Shown here: positions 1-9,787 of the stretch, one piece after another
How the letters are laid out: each line of letters begins with the position of its first letter
How positions within the stretch are numbered: the stretch's first letter is position 1
IMG/VR virus record: IMGVR_UViG_3300001918_000035
Span: 1 to 50,625 of that record
Length of the DNA stretch: 50,625 nucleotides
From: a virus
Lineage: Duplodnaviria > Caudoviricetes
Reading direction: 5' to 3' (one strand)
The notes under the pieces: generated by a model
What the model saw: only the letters and a program-made list of their open reading frames with translations
Told to the model about the DNA's origin: nothing
Databases searched by the model: none
Translations under genes and position numbers: made by a program

Positions 1-726
1 TCACAGCCACTCCGTCATAGAAAGCGCCCAGGCTGTGTCGTTCGGGTCGCGGCGCTCGTAGGCGTCGAAGCGATCAAAGGTGCCGTAGTGAATGCGCTCG
101 TTGCCACCGGCATTCTCGGAATCCGGCTCCTCGACCACTAGGACCGGCCGGCGCTCGCCGCGATCGTAGACGAGCGCCCATAGCTGGCGTCGGATCGCAT
201 CAGGGAGCCCGACGAAGCGCCACTTCAGCGAGCAGAGGACAACCCCATCCTCTCCACCGACGCCCCCGTCCGGCAGAAGCTCTTTCGTGCCTGTGTCGAT
301 CAGCTGCCGACCGCCGCCGCGCTCGTGAGGCGCCTGGAAGCGTGCGCCGGCCATGAAGATCCCGGCCGTAAAGGGAAAGCTGTCGCCTCCGGCCCGCACC
401 CGCAGATAGCGCGCCTGCCGCGGGGCGGGCAGGAGCGCGAGGCCATGGATCGGTCCGATTGCATCCAGGGCCCGGACCGGCTGATCCACGATGGTTTCTG
501 ACGTGCCGCCACCGAACTCCGATGTCAGATCGACCGCGAAGGACGCGTTCAGCGCATTGGTGAAGCCTAGGAAGATGGTGTCGATCGTCTTCACGGCGCC
601 AAGGTCGATGCCAATCGCGAAGAACCCCACCCCCGGGGCGACGTACACCTCCTTCGGCGATGGAGTTCGCAGGTTCTCGGCCCCGTTGGTGACCAGCGCG
701 ATGGGCTCGGGCCTGACGATGATCAT
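1..726 (-). CDS. phage minor tail protein (hypothetical, 241 aa, MIIVRPEP...)
   Basis: ATG at 726 overlaps the stop of the upstream gene (ATGA); the upstream part of ORF 1..1428 is a shadow; position in the tail operon. Confidence 0.7.
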   Translation of the reverse strand: MIIVRPEPIALVTNGAENLRTPSPKEVYVAPGVGFFAIGIDLGAVKTIDTIFLGFTNALNASFAVDLTSEFGGGTSETIVDQPVRALDAIGPIHGLALLPAPRQARYLRVRAGGDSFPFTAGIFMAGARFQAPHERGGGRQLIDTGTKELLPDGGVGGEDGVVLCSLKWRFVGLPDAIRRQLWALVYDRGERRPVLVVEEPDSENAGGNERIHYGTFDRFDAYERRDPNDTAWALSMTEWL

Positions 727-1085
727 AGCGCGCGCAGGACGGTGAGCACCGTCTGCTCCCGATCTTCGGCTTCCTCCACTCCGATCACGAAGGCGGGGAC
801 TCCGCCGGCATAGCCGAGCCGCTCCGATTCGATCGTGACGGCCCGGCCGTACAGGTCTGAGCGCAGGCCGGGCACCACATGAAGGTCGATCGCCAACGGC
901 CCACCAAGGAAGGCGATCTGCCGCGCGCCTTCGGCGTGGGCATCCGACTTGATCGCGAACGGTGTCACGATTTCGCTTTCGCCGGCGTCGCCGGCCCAAG
1001 CGGCGTCGATGGACGCCGCCGCAGCCGTCGTGAACAGCGCGCGCTCCTTCAGCCAGTCGGCGAACCCCGGGTCGACCGCCGCCAT
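723..1085 (-). CDS. phage tail-associated hypothetical protein
   Basis: Tightly packed in the operon; phage-like composition. Confidence 0.65.
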   Translation of the reverse strand: MAAVDPGFADWLKERALFTTAAAASIDAAWAGDAGESEIVTPFAIKSDAHAEGARQIAFLGGPLAIDLHVVPGLRSDLYGRAVTIESERLGYAGGVPAFVIGVEEAEDREQTVLTVLRAL

Positions 1086-1087
1086 CG

Positions 1088-1489
1088 TCAGCTCGCAGGC
1101 TCGGCCGGCGCAGCGGAAACCGCGTATCGGCTCGATGGCGCAGGATCCTCCGCCGGTTCGGGGTAGACAACGCCGAGCGGCGGCGGCTCACCGGTGTCGC
1201 GCATCGCGGCCAGCGCAATCGCCCGCCCCCGGCCGTCGCGCAGCTCGTGCCAGCCGTTGTCGCCGGCGAACGCGGCCAGGCTGCCGGCAAGCTGCTGGCC
1301 GGCCACGCCGGCCTCGTCGCGGCGCGCATAGAGCAGCTCGGCCAGGTTCGCGATCTGGTCGACCGGCGAGGCGCTCGAAGCGATCTCCTGGACTTGGTCG
1401 CGCAACTCTGCAGGCAGCGCCCCCGCATGGCTGACGAGGAACGCCGCGATCGCGCGCCTCGCCTCCGATATATCGCCGAAAAACTGCAT
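1088..1489 (-). CDS. hypothetical phage protein (MQFFGDI...)
   Basis: AGGAGG RBS at 1495-1500 before ATG 1489. Confidence 0.65.
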   Translation of the reverse strand: MQFFGDISEARRAIAAFLVSHAGALPAELRDQVQEIASSASPVDQIANLAELLYARRDEAGVAGQQLAGSLAAFAGDNGWHELRDGRGRAIALAAMRDTGEPPPLGVVYPEPAEDPAPSSRYAVSAAPAEPAS

Positions 1490-1500
1490 ATTGGCCTCCT

Positions 1501-4173
1501 TCACCCGACGCTCAGAAAATTCTGGGAAAGCAGCCCGGGAGCGACGCTCAGCCCGCTGGTCTGGTCGGCATTCACCCGGAAGCTGAAGAGCTGCTTGATC
1601 CCCGTGTTGTTCGTCCAGAAACCGACGATCGTGTCGCCATAGGGCTCGCTCGGGAATGACGGCTGGGGCGACCCAGATAACGCTGTCGAATAGGAGCCGC
1701 CCGAAGGCGCCACCTCGATCCGCGCGGTCCGTGTCGCGCTGATCGAGCTGTTCATCACAATGCTCGCATCGAGCGCGACCACTCCGCCCGCCGGAACCAC
1801 GCGCTGAACCACTCCTGATGGAAGCCCGCTGAAGCCGATGAAGGCGCGGCCGTTGCCGTCCATCTGCGGCTTGTTGAGGATGTCGGCGCTGTTCCAGTCG
1901 ATGTTGTTCCTCGTCGCGAGCGACCCCTGGCCGGCGATGGCCGCCGCCGTCCCCAGCGACGTTTTGATCATCGTCAGCGTGAGAAGCGCGCCGGCGAGCG
2001 CGTCTAGAAGGTTCACGCCGGCCACAGCGCCCACCGTCGCGTTGTCCGCCGGCTTGCCTGCTCCGGTCACCTGACTCGCCCAGGCGGCGGCATTCTGCGT
2101 CGCGAGCTGCCCTTGGCCGCTGATTGATCCCGCCATTCCGAGGATCGTCTTGAAGGCTGATAAGGTCGCGGCGATGCCGTCAATGCTCTCGAACATGTTG
2201 AACCCGAAGACGGCGTCGGCCGCGCGCGGGTTGGCGACCGTCCTGAGTGGACCAAAGCTGTTGATCGCTGGCGAGGTGTCCAGGCTGATCGACCAGCCGT
2301 CGTCCCAAAGCGCCTCGTCGATGTTGAAGTATCCGGCCTGGAAGTCGCGGACGCGGATCACAGGGAATTGCCAGAAGGTGTTTGGCTCACCGATCCAGAC
2401 GCAGCAGCGCGATTCATCATGGCCGAAGCGTACCGGCAGCGCGCGTTGGTGAGGCCCGATCATTTGGGCGAACTCGGCAACCCACTGTCCCCAGGTGTTG
2501 TAGCCTCCGATCAGATACGAGACCGAGTTGCCGACGACATAGTCATACAGATCGACGTGAAACCGGAGCATCGTCTGCGTCCAGCTCTGGGGGAGCCGGA
2601 TCTTCACCGCGCCGACCATGTTCGGAGAGCCGCCGCCGAAGGTCGCCCCGACAGGGCTTGGGATTCGCAACACCGCATCCGATAGCGAGTTGTTCAGCAC
2701 CTTGTCGGCGGCTGCCGTGGCGCCGGGACCTTGGCCGCTGATGGCGGCGGCGGTGCCGAGAATCGTCTTGAACGCCTCGAGCAGCGCAACATTGCCGCCG
2801 AGCTGCTCGAGAAGGTTGGCCCCGAAGATTGCTCCGACGGTGGCGTTGTCGGCCGGTTTGCCGGGGCCGGCAACCTGGCTGCCCCACTGCGCGGTGTTCG
2901 CGGTCGCGAGCGCTCCCTGCCCGGCGATCCCGGCCGATGTCCGCGTCTCCGTCTTGTTCGCTCCGCCTTCCTGGGGCCGGAGCGCGTCGATCGGCGTGTT
3001 GTCCGAATAGGCGACGTCCGATCCGCGCAGCACCGCGGCGATCTCGCCATCGCTATGCTGGCGCTGATTGCGCCGGTAGCCGACGCGCCGTGCCCGGGTC
3101 GGCCGCAGCTGCTGCTGCCGTGTCGAGCTGATCGGCTTCAGCACCTCGACCGGATTGTCGAAGCTGATCTGCCGGAGTTGGATCGCACCGGCGGGATCCA
3201 GGACCCAGAGGAGCGAGCATCCGAGGAGCAGCCTGTCGATCGCCTGGGCGGCGGTCTCGTTCTCGTCTCCAATGTGCAAGCCAGCCGGTCCGGGCCGCCA
3301 GGCTGCCGCCTCGACCGCGTTGCCGATGACCGGGCCGCCTGCGGCCGCGAGCACCCGCCCCGCCAGGCCGACGACGTCGTCGACATAGCCCGGGCCAAGC
3401 TCACCGCGAAGATCGGCCGTGATCGGGCCCGAAGGCTGCGTCCACCATTTCGCGCACGCGATCGACGGCGCGACCACCCCGCCGCCCTGCGGCGCTTGCG
3501 CCGCCTGAAGCGCCGCGAACGTCGCCGCGACCGATCCCTGCCAGGCAACGCCGACGAAGCTGCCGGCGCTCCCCTTGTCGCGCAACGCGTCAAAGCCCTG
3601 CAGCGGCCGGGCGGGGTCGCCGAACTCGTAGATGCTGTTCGCCTTGTCGAGGATGCGACCCTCGACATTATAGACACGCCCCCAGGAGCGGCGCTTGAGC
3701 CGGCCTTCCGCCTCCGCCACACCCTCGATCCCGCCGGTGCCCGCGAACCGCGACGTCACAAGAGGCTTGTCGATTCCCGCCGAAAGGTCGGCGATGGTGA
3801 GCACCAACCGGCCGCCGGCGGCGCTCGCATCCGCCACCGTGCCGCTGAGCCGGGTGGCGAATGGCCCTTCCTCAGGCCCGACCTCAACGACGATCGAAGC
3901 TCCCGGCCAGTAGAGCGCCGCCAGCTGCTCGAGCAGCGACGCCTCGGCCGGCGCGAAGGCGATCGTGCCCGTCGTCGGCAAGGTGCCGCCGGTCCACCCA
4001 TTTTCGTCGAACGACAAGCGGGCGGCAAAGCGCGGACTGCGGACCAGGCCAGCGCGATAATGCTGCCCATCATGGTAAAGCGGCGCGCGCCCACCCCCTC
4101 CCAGGCGCACCGCCTGCGCGACACCCGTCGCAGGATTTCTCGGGTAGACGGTGATGAGCGTGCGGCGGCTCAC
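1501..4173 (-). CDS. phage tail tip / fibre protein with internal repeats
   Basis: Directly follows tape measure; N-terminal tail-hub-like region (FAGTGGIEG...KRRSWGRVYNV); repeated GQGxLAT...GKPADNATVGA modules. Confidence 0.75.
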   Translation of the reverse strand: MSRRTLITVYPRNPATGVAQAVRLGGGGRAPLYHDGQHYRAGLVRSPRFAARLSFDENGWTGGTLPTTGTIAFAPAEASLLEQLAALYWPGASIVVEVGPEEGPFATRLSGTVADASAAGGRLVLTIADLSAGIDKPLVTSRFAGTGGIEGVAEAEGRLKRRSWGRVYNVEGRILDKANSIYEFGDPARPLQGFDALRDKGSAGSFVGVAWQGSVAATFAALQAAQAPQGGGVVAPSIACAKWWTQPSGPITADLRGELGPGYVDDVVGLAGRVLAAAGGPVIGNAVEAAAWRPGPAGLHIGDENETAAQAIDRLLLGCSLLWVLDPAGAIQLRQISFDNPVEVLKPISSTRQQQLRPTRARRVGYRRNQRQHSDGEIAAVLRGSDVAYSDNTPIDALRPQEGGANKTETRTSAGIAGQGALATANTAQWGSQVAGPGKPADNATVGAIFGANLLEQLGGNVALLEAFKTILGTAAAISGQGPGATAAADKVLNNSLSDAVLRIPSPVGATFGGGSPNMVGAVKIRLPQSWTQTMLRFHVDLYDYVVGNSVSYLIGGYNTWGQWVAEFAQMIGPHQRALPVRFGHDESRCCVWIGEPNTFWQFPVIRVRDFQAGYFNIDEALWDDGWSISLDTSPAINSFGPLRTVANPRAADAVFGFNMFESIDGIAATLSAFKTILGMAGSISGQGQLATQNAAAWASQVTGAGKPADNATVGAVAGVNLLDALAGALLTLTMIKTSLGTAAAIAGQGSLATRNNIDWNSADILNKPQMDGNGRAFIGFSGLPSGVVQRVVPAGGVVALDASIVMNSSISATRTARIEVAPSGGSYSTALSGSPQPSFPSEPYGDTIVGFWTNNTGIKQLFSFRVNADQTSGLSVAPGLLSQNFLSVG

Positions 4174-7100
4174 AGCAACGACACCCGCTCGGTGCGCGAG
4201 AAGCTGCCGCCGATCAGCTGCGCGGCCGTCTGCGCCGGAGTGTTCGCCAGGCGCCGCAGATAGCTGTTCTGCTCCGCCAGCAGATCGTTCGTCTCGTTGG
4301 TCAGCGAATTGTTCGTGTCGAGCTTGTCGTTCGTCGCGCGCGCGGCCTCCGCCTGGGCTTTGACCCGCTCATTCTCGAGCGCGATGATCTGCTCGGCCGA
4401 GCTGCGGGAGCTGGCCAGGTCGGACGCGTATTCGGCGCCGGCGGTACCGAAGGCTTCTCGACTGATCTCGATCAGCTGCCGCCTCAGGTCGGCCACGCGC
4501 TGGGTCGCGCCCTCGCCGCCCGACCGGGCATCCGCTTCTGCGCTCGCGATCTCCCCGAGCAGCCGATCCCGCTGCTCGGCAAGCGTGCCCTCGAACAGGT
4601 TGCCGAACGACAGATCCTTCAGCAGCGCCTGAAGGGGCCCGGTGCGCTCGGCCAGGACGCGCTCGAGCGCCTGGTTCCGATCCTTCGCGTTCTGCTCCTC
4701 GAGCTTCACGAGGTCGAAGCCGTACTTGCGGGCGATCCGGTTCCGTTCGGCGATCTGACGCTCCAAATCCCTGAAGGTCTGGCCGATCGCGGCGTCGATC
4801 CCGCCGAGCAGCGTTTCCAGCTCCTGGACGTTCAGGGCTTCCTTGATCGCTTTCTCGATGTTGTCGTTGGATCCGAGAGCCTGAGCGACCTTCGGGCTCA
4901 GCCCGGTGATCGCGCCATCGGCGATCGCGTCTGCTATGGCGAAGGCGATCGCGCCGCCTTCGTCCTGCCCGAAGTCGATCGCGCCTCGCTTCGTTTTCGT
5001 GACGCCGCGGCCCGTCGGGTCGACACGCAGATTCTTGTCCCTGACGCCGATCGAGACGGCAAAGCTCCCGAGCGTCCCGCCAAGAGCTTCCGCAATCTGC
5101 TGCAACCCGCCTTGCACAGAGGTTGCAAGGCCGGATGCCGCCTGCCGAAGCCCAGCATTGTTTCCGGCAACGTCCGCCTTCTGATCGACGCTCGTGATGG
5201 TCGCCGAGGCGCGCGGCGTCGACTTCAGAAGGTTGCCCACCACACCGCCGAGAATGCCGCCAACGATCGATCCAAGCGGCCCAGCGGCACTGCCGAGCAT
5301 CCCGAAGAGCTGCTCGCCGGCGAGGCCGCCAAGGGCGCCGCCGATCGCGCCACCGGTGCTGCTGCCGACCAGGCTGCCGACCGACCCGCCCGCCGCACCA
5401 TAACCGAGCGTCTTGCCCAGAGTTTTCGAGAGGCCCTCCGGAAAGATGCCGCGCTCGCCGAACACGCGGCCAAACACCTTGTCCAGCGACTTCTCGAACG
5501 CGCCCGTCACGCTCTGGAAGCCGTCAGCGAAGCCATTGCCGCTTCCGCTGCCGAAGCGCCGGGCCAGATCGGCGCGACTGCGCGTGGCATAGTCTTCCAG
5601 GCTGCCGATCGGCGCGTCTGTTGGCCTGATCGGCGGAGTACCGGGCCCGCGCCGGGACAGAAGGGTCAGGATGCCGCCAGCTCGGCCCCCGACGGTGTTG
5701 AAATTGCCGGTTTGCGCGCCGGTCAGCAGCCCGATCAGCGGCCCGACGATGCGGCCGAGCCGGCCGCCGAGGATCTGGGCGATGGCCTGGGCAGCATCGA
5801 GACCCGTCTGGCGGAACGCGTCACCGCCGCTGCGACCGGCGTCCGCCATGCGGACCTTCAGGTCATCCGAAACATCGATCAGCGGGCGATCGATCGCCTC
5901 GGTGAGCGCTTTGCCTGCCTCGCCCAGCCGGTCCTTCAGCTGCTCGGCCTGGAGACGGGATATCTCCTGCGCATTGCGAACCCCGGCCTCCACCTGCAGG
6001 CGTTCGGACTGCTCCTGCGAAAGCATCCCGGCCGAGCGAAGCTTTATGATCTCGCTAAGGTCTTCGGTGTAGCGGCGGTTTGCTGCCGCGACGCCGTCAT
6101 AGCGGCTCTCGAGCCCCTCGAGCGCGCTCTGCAGCTCCCTGACCGATCGTGCGGCATCGCGCGTCGCCTTGGCGCCGGACTGGCGGGCTTCCCTCGCGCC
6201 TCGCTCGGCGGCCTCGGCAGCGTTCAGTTCGTTGGTGGCGGCGAGCAGCTGCTCGCGATAGGTCGCCGCGGCCTGCCCGCCGGCCTTAGCCGCGTCGCGA
6301 CCGCGCAGCTCGACGAGGCGCAGTTCCGCACGAGCCTTTGACGTCCGGTCGGTCGCCGCCGCAAGCGCCACCTCGGCCTCGATCAAAGACGTGTTGACCG
6401 GCGCCGCGGCGCGCCGGCTGTCGACCAGTCGTCGCTGAGCCTCGGTGGCGGTGCCCGCGGCAACCGCGATCTTCGCGACCTCGAGCCGCGTGTTCTCGGC
6501 GGCCTTGGCGCTGTCGACGGTTGCCCCGGCCAACTGCCGGATTCGGGTGGCCAAGCCACGGATCTTCGGATCGGAGCGGGCGATGCCGTCGACTGCGCGG
6601 CTGAACTGCTCTGCGTTGACCCGCCCCTGGGCGTAGGCCGCGGCAAGGCTCGCGACCTGGCGTTCGCTCCGCGTGATCTCAGTCGGCACGGCGATCTGGA
6701 AGCCGCGCTCGCCAACGGCCGTCCGCTGCTGACCGACCTCGAGCCCGGTTGTGATGAGCGCCGTGCGACGCCGCTGATATTCGAGACGCTGCCGGCCGAA
6801 CTCGACCGCGCGCTGATCTGCCGCTGCGAGCGCCTGGATGACAGAGATCTGGCGCGCCAGCTTGCCCGTCGTCTCGTCGACGATTCTGCCGAGATCGAAC
6901 TGCTTTTCCTCGAGCCGCTTCGTCGCGTCGGCGCCGTCGCGCATCGATGTTGCAAACAGGCCGATCAGCGTCGTGGCGCCGATTACCGCCGCGCCCCATG
7001 GACCGGCAAGGAAGCTCGCCACAGCGCCGACACGCCCGCCTACATTCGCCATGGCGGCCGCCAGCTGCCCGCCCTGCTGGCCGAGGATCAGGAATGCGTT

Positions 7101-7469
7101 GGTGCCGGCGATCGCCTGGACCTGGATATCCGACAGCTGCTGCGAGACCTGGACCATCGAGGCGCGCTGCTGGCGGAGTGCTGTGTCGGCATCCCTGCTC
7201 GCCCGAGAAAGGCGATCCTTCGACACGGCCACGCCCCCCGCGGCCGCGGCCGCGCCTCGCTCCGCCCGGGCCAATTGCTCGGCCGAGTTCGCCGCCTGCC
7301 GCATCGCCGACCCGACTCTGTCGGTGCTGGCGCGCAGCGTCTCGCCGCCGGCGGCGGCGCCCTTGGCGGCGGCGGCGACGTTTTGCATTTCCCGTTCGGT
7401 CAGGTTCAGCTGGCCGACCAGCCCGCCATCCTTGGCTGTCAGCCGGACAGAGACTGTCAGGTCGGTCAT
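4170..7469 (-). CDS. phage tail tape measure protein
   Basis: 1099 aa Ala-rich helical protein; QLSDIQVQ...GQQGGQL lambda-like TMP motif; Gly-rich C-terminal repeats; follows the tail chaperones. Confidence 0.9.
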   Translation of the reverse strand: MTDLTVSVRLTAKDGGLVGQLNLTEREMQNVAAAAKGAAAGGETLRASTDRVGSAMRQAANSAEQLARAERGAAAAAGGVAVSKDRLSRASRDADTALRQQRASMVQVSQQLSDIQVQAIAGTNAFLILGQQGGQLAAAMANVGGRVGAVASFLAGPWGAAVIGATTLIGLFATSMRDGADATKRLEEKQFDLGRIVDETTGKLARQISVIQALAAADQRAVEFGRQRLEYQRRRTALITTGLEVGQQRTAVGERGFQIAVPTEITRSERQVASLAAAYAQGRVNAEQFSRAVDGIARSDPKIRGLATRIRQLAGATVDSAKAAENTRLEVAKIAVAAGTATEAQRRLVDSRRAAAPVNTSLIEAEVALAAATDRTSKARAELRLVELRGRDAAKAGGQAAATYREQLLAATNELNAAEAAERGAREARQSGAKATRDAARSVRELQSALEGLESRYDGVAAANRRYTEDLSEIIKLRSAGMLSQEQSERLQVEAGVRNAQEISRLQAEQLKDRLGEAGKALTEAIDRPLIDVSDDLKVRMADAGRSGGDAFRQTGLDAAQAIAQILGGRLGRIVGPLIGLLTGAQTGNFNTVGGRAGGILTLLSRRGPGTPPIRPTDAPIGSLEDYATRSRADLARRFGSGSGNGFADGFQSVTGAFEKSLDKVFGRVFGERGIFPEGLSKTLGKTLGYGAAGGSVGSLVGSSTGGAIGGALGGLAGEQLFGMLGSAAGPLGSIVGGILGGVVGNLLKSTPRASATITSVDQKADVAGNNAGLRQAASGLATSVQGGLQQIAEALGGTLGSFAVSIGVRDKNLRVDPTGRGVTKTKRGAIDFGQDEGGAIAFAIADAIADGAITGLSPKVAQALGSNDNIEKAIKEALNVQELETLLGGIDAAIGQTFRDLERQIAERNRIARKYGFDLVKLEEQNAKDRNQALERVLAERTGPLQALLKDLSFGNLFEGTLAEQRDRLLGEIASAEADARSGGEGATQRVADLRRQLIEISREAFGTAGAEYASDLASSRSSAEQIIALENERVKAQAEAARATNDKLDTNNSLTNETNDLLAEQNSYLRRLANTPAQTAAQLIGGSFSRTERVSLL

Positions 7470-7816
7470 GGGCGCGCCGCCGCGGCCTCGATGGCCGCCG
7501 CCTCCATGATCAGCAGATCCGCGAAAAGTGCCGGCGTCATCTTCAGCCCCAAGCCTTCGGCCGTCGGCGCGACCGCCTCATAACGGATGCCCAGCCGCAC
7601 CCCGACGGTGGGGTGCCAGATCCATTGCGTGCCGAGCGCGGTGAACAGCGCGACAGCGTCCACTTCGTCCGGGCCGATCTCGATCGGCCGATCGGCCGTT
7701 GCGGGCCGCTCGACCCAGTCGGGCAGCGCTGCCGCCGCGGTCAGCGCGTCCGTCTCCGCCCGCTTGCCGCCGCCGCGCCCGCGGGCCCAAGCCTGCGCGG
7801 CGGCCTTCAGTTTCCC
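7466..7816 (-). CDS. tail assembly chaperone frameshift extension (DUF1799-like, gpGT equivalent)
   Basis: FTALGTQW...GIRYEAV...F.DL.IME.A motif; no own start; entered by -1 shift at GGGAAAC (7810-7816). Confidence 0.8.
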   Translation of the reverse strand, partial: GKLKAAAQAWARGRGGGKRAETDALTAAAALPDWVERPATADRPIEIGPDEVDAVALFTALGTQWIWHPTVGVRLGIRYEAVAPTAEGLGLKMTPALFADLLIMEAAAIEAAAARP

Positions 7817-8238
7817 TTCCTGATCTCCGCACCGCCGCGCACGCAGACGGAAAAGGCTTGGCACGCGGCCTGGAACACGCCGTTCACCTTCACGAGGCGG
7901 ACCAGGTTGTCGCGGCTGAACGGCAGCGGCTCGCCATTGGCGGCCGCCACCTTCCGCCAGTCGACGGTGAAGCGAAGCAGGAAATCCGCCCATTCGCCGC
8001 TCACAATGGCGGCGGGCTGCTCCGGTCGATCGCTTCCGTCCTCGCCGACCGCATCCATGCCGAGCCGGGCGACGCGCTGATCGACGCGGATGCCCTCGAT
8101 CTCCAGCGCCGCGACCTGATCGGCGTCCAGCAGCCGAAACTGCAGCTCGATCTCGTTCTGGACGATCGCACCGTCCTCCGCGACGCCGGGCCAGCGCACC
8201 GGCCACCAGGCTCGCTGCTCGTCGACCAGCTTGAACAT
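7807..8238 (-). CDS. tail assembly chaperone (gpG equivalent)
   Basis: Between tail tube and tape measure; ends G-GGA-AAC-TGA. Confidence 0.8.
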   Translation of the reverse strand: MFKLVDEQRAWWPVRWPGVAEDGAIVQNEIELQFRLLDADQVAALEIEGIRVDQRVARLGMDAVGEDGSDRPEQPAAIVSGEWADFLLRFTVDWRKVAAANGEPLPFSRDNLVRLVKVNGVFQAACQAFSVCVRGGAEIRKGN

Positions 8239-9176
8239 CAGCGCGCCTCCAGGATCAGATCGTCCTGGCCGGCGCGGACGTTCGCGCCATAGCCGATCGT
8301 GTACATCAGGTCGTCGCCATCCTCCTGCTCTTCGATGGAGAGGATCTGGACGAAGCCGAGCGTCAGCTCGACGATATTCCCGGCGACGGTCCCGTGCGTC
8401 ACCTGCGCCGCCACCTCGGCCCCGGTGCGGAGCGTGCCGAAATAGTTGCGCTCGCTGGCCTTGGGCGCCTTGATGACAATCTGCCCGGTCAGCGCATGGT
8501 TCCCGCGCTGGACGCTGTTCTCGCCGACCAGGTTGCGAACCGCCGGCTGCGCGCCGATCTCACCCGTGAACGACTGGAGCTTCGCCGCATAGCCGTCGAG
8601 CGTGAACTCGGTATTGGCCGTGTTCACCTCGAGCGGCGCGCGCCAGCGGCTGAAATCGGGGACGCCCGGAGCTGCGTCGGTGACCGGATCGCCCGCCGGC
8701 AGGAGACCGATCATCGAGAGGTTCAGAAAGGCGTATGCGCCCGCGGTGAAATTGAAGCCGAAAGTGCCGCGACAGCCCAGCGCCACCACCCTCTGATCGC
8801 CGCGCCAGCTGTAGACGGTCGCCGAGCTGAGCACAGCGCCGGCCGCAGCGAACCGCTGAGTCGCGCTCGTGTCGGCCACCAGCTCCGGCGCGACCATGCC
8901 GCACGCCTCGAGATGTTCCATCCAGCCAGGCGCGACGCCGGCGTCACCGGACCCGGCAAGCTCCAGCTCGTAGCTGAAGGCGGACCGCGCATTGGTGTTC
9001 GCGCTGGGCGATCGCCCGCGGGACGGCACGTCGAGATTCCGCTCGAGCGTGTCCATCTGTACCGGCGTTCGCTGGAAGTTACGCGTGAGCGCGGCGTTCG
9101 CAAGCGCCGTCGGGGCCGCGTCCGTGCCGTAAACGGCTTCCTTCTTCAGCAGGATCGTCTTGACGATATCGACCAC
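8238..9176 (-). CDS. phage major tail tube protein
   Basis: KKEAVYGTDAAP N-terminus, ELAGSG..G..P...LEACG motif; GTG start with GGAGG RBS; synteny. Confidence 0.8.
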   Translation of the reverse strand: MVDIVKTILLKKEAVYGTDAAPTALANAALTRNFQRTPVQMDTLERNLDVPSRGRSPSANTNARSAFSYELELAGSGDAGVAPGWMEHLEACGMVAPELVADTSATQRFAAAGAVLSSATVYSWRGDQRVVALGCRGTFGFNFTAGAYAFLNLSMIGLLPAGDPVTDAAPGVPDFSRWRAPLEVNTANTEFTLDGYAAKLQSFTGEIGAQPAVRNLVGENSVQRGNHALTGQIVIKAPKASERNYFGTLRTGAEVAAQVTHGTVAGNIVELTLGFVQILSIEEQEDGDDLMYTIGYGANVRAGQDDLILEAR

Positions 9177-9179
9177 GGG

Positions 9180-9377
9180 TCAGCCCTCCTCGGCTTGATC
9201 GGGATTTACGGCCGCCTCGGCCGCCTCGGCCGGCGCCAGCGCCGGATCCGCCTTCCCATTCAGCGCGCGCATGCGGGCGGGCCCGACGAGCGGCAGGCCG
9301 TGGCGGTCAAGCTCATAGCCCGCGTCGTTCATGCGGCGCGGCGCGGTCGGGGCGGCAGTTCGGGGGCGCTTTGTCAT
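9180..9377 (-). CDS. small hypothetical phage protein
   Basis: Fills the gap between terminator and tube genes; overlaps the upstream stop. Confidence 0.55.
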   Translation of the reverse strand: MTKRPRTAAPTAPRRMNDAGYELDRHGLPLVGPARMRALNGKADPALAPAEAAEAAVNPDQAEEG

Positions 9378-9787
9378 GTCAGCCTCAGTCTCCAGGCGGT
9401 CCTAAAGGTCACCCCCCACGCCATCATGCTTCCGTCAGCGGATAGCAGCCGGCCACCGGCCAGCTCGCACGCGCGCGAGGCGTCAGGATGCGTCCAGCCC
9501 GCGATCGCGCGGATCACTGCCTGGACCGCCTCCTCCAGCGCCTCGGATATCGCTTCGGCTCGGCGCGCGGCCGCCGGGAGCACGATCACCACCATGAAGG
9601 CTTGCTCGACCTTCTGGTCGATCGCGTGTTGGCCGGAGAGCGAGTTCGGGCTGGCCGCTTCACGCTCTGGAACGACGTAGAAGCTCTGTCCGGCCGGCGC
9701 CGCCTTCAGCCCGGCGAACTCCATGACGCCGTAGACGTGCGGCAGGCCAGCTCCCTTCAGACGGTCCACGAACGGCTGCAACCTCAC
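9374..9787 (-). CDS. phage tail terminator-like protein (VRLQPFVDRL...)
   Basis: GTG at 9787 overlaps the stop of the gpG-like gene; YVVP..E...AIAGW.HP...GG.LL..W pattern. Confidence 0.65.
   Translation of the reverse strand: MRLQPFVDRLKGAGLPHVYGVMEFAGLKAAPAGQSFYVVPEREAASPNSLSGQHAIDQKVEQAFMVVIVLPAAARRAEAISEALEEAVQAVIRAIAGWTHPDASRACELAGGRLLSADGSMMAWGVTFRTAWRLRLT

Noticed and set aside
727-1428. N-terminal half of ORF 1..1428
   Set aside because: Arg-rich shadow frame over two better genes; the real start is the coupled ATG at 726
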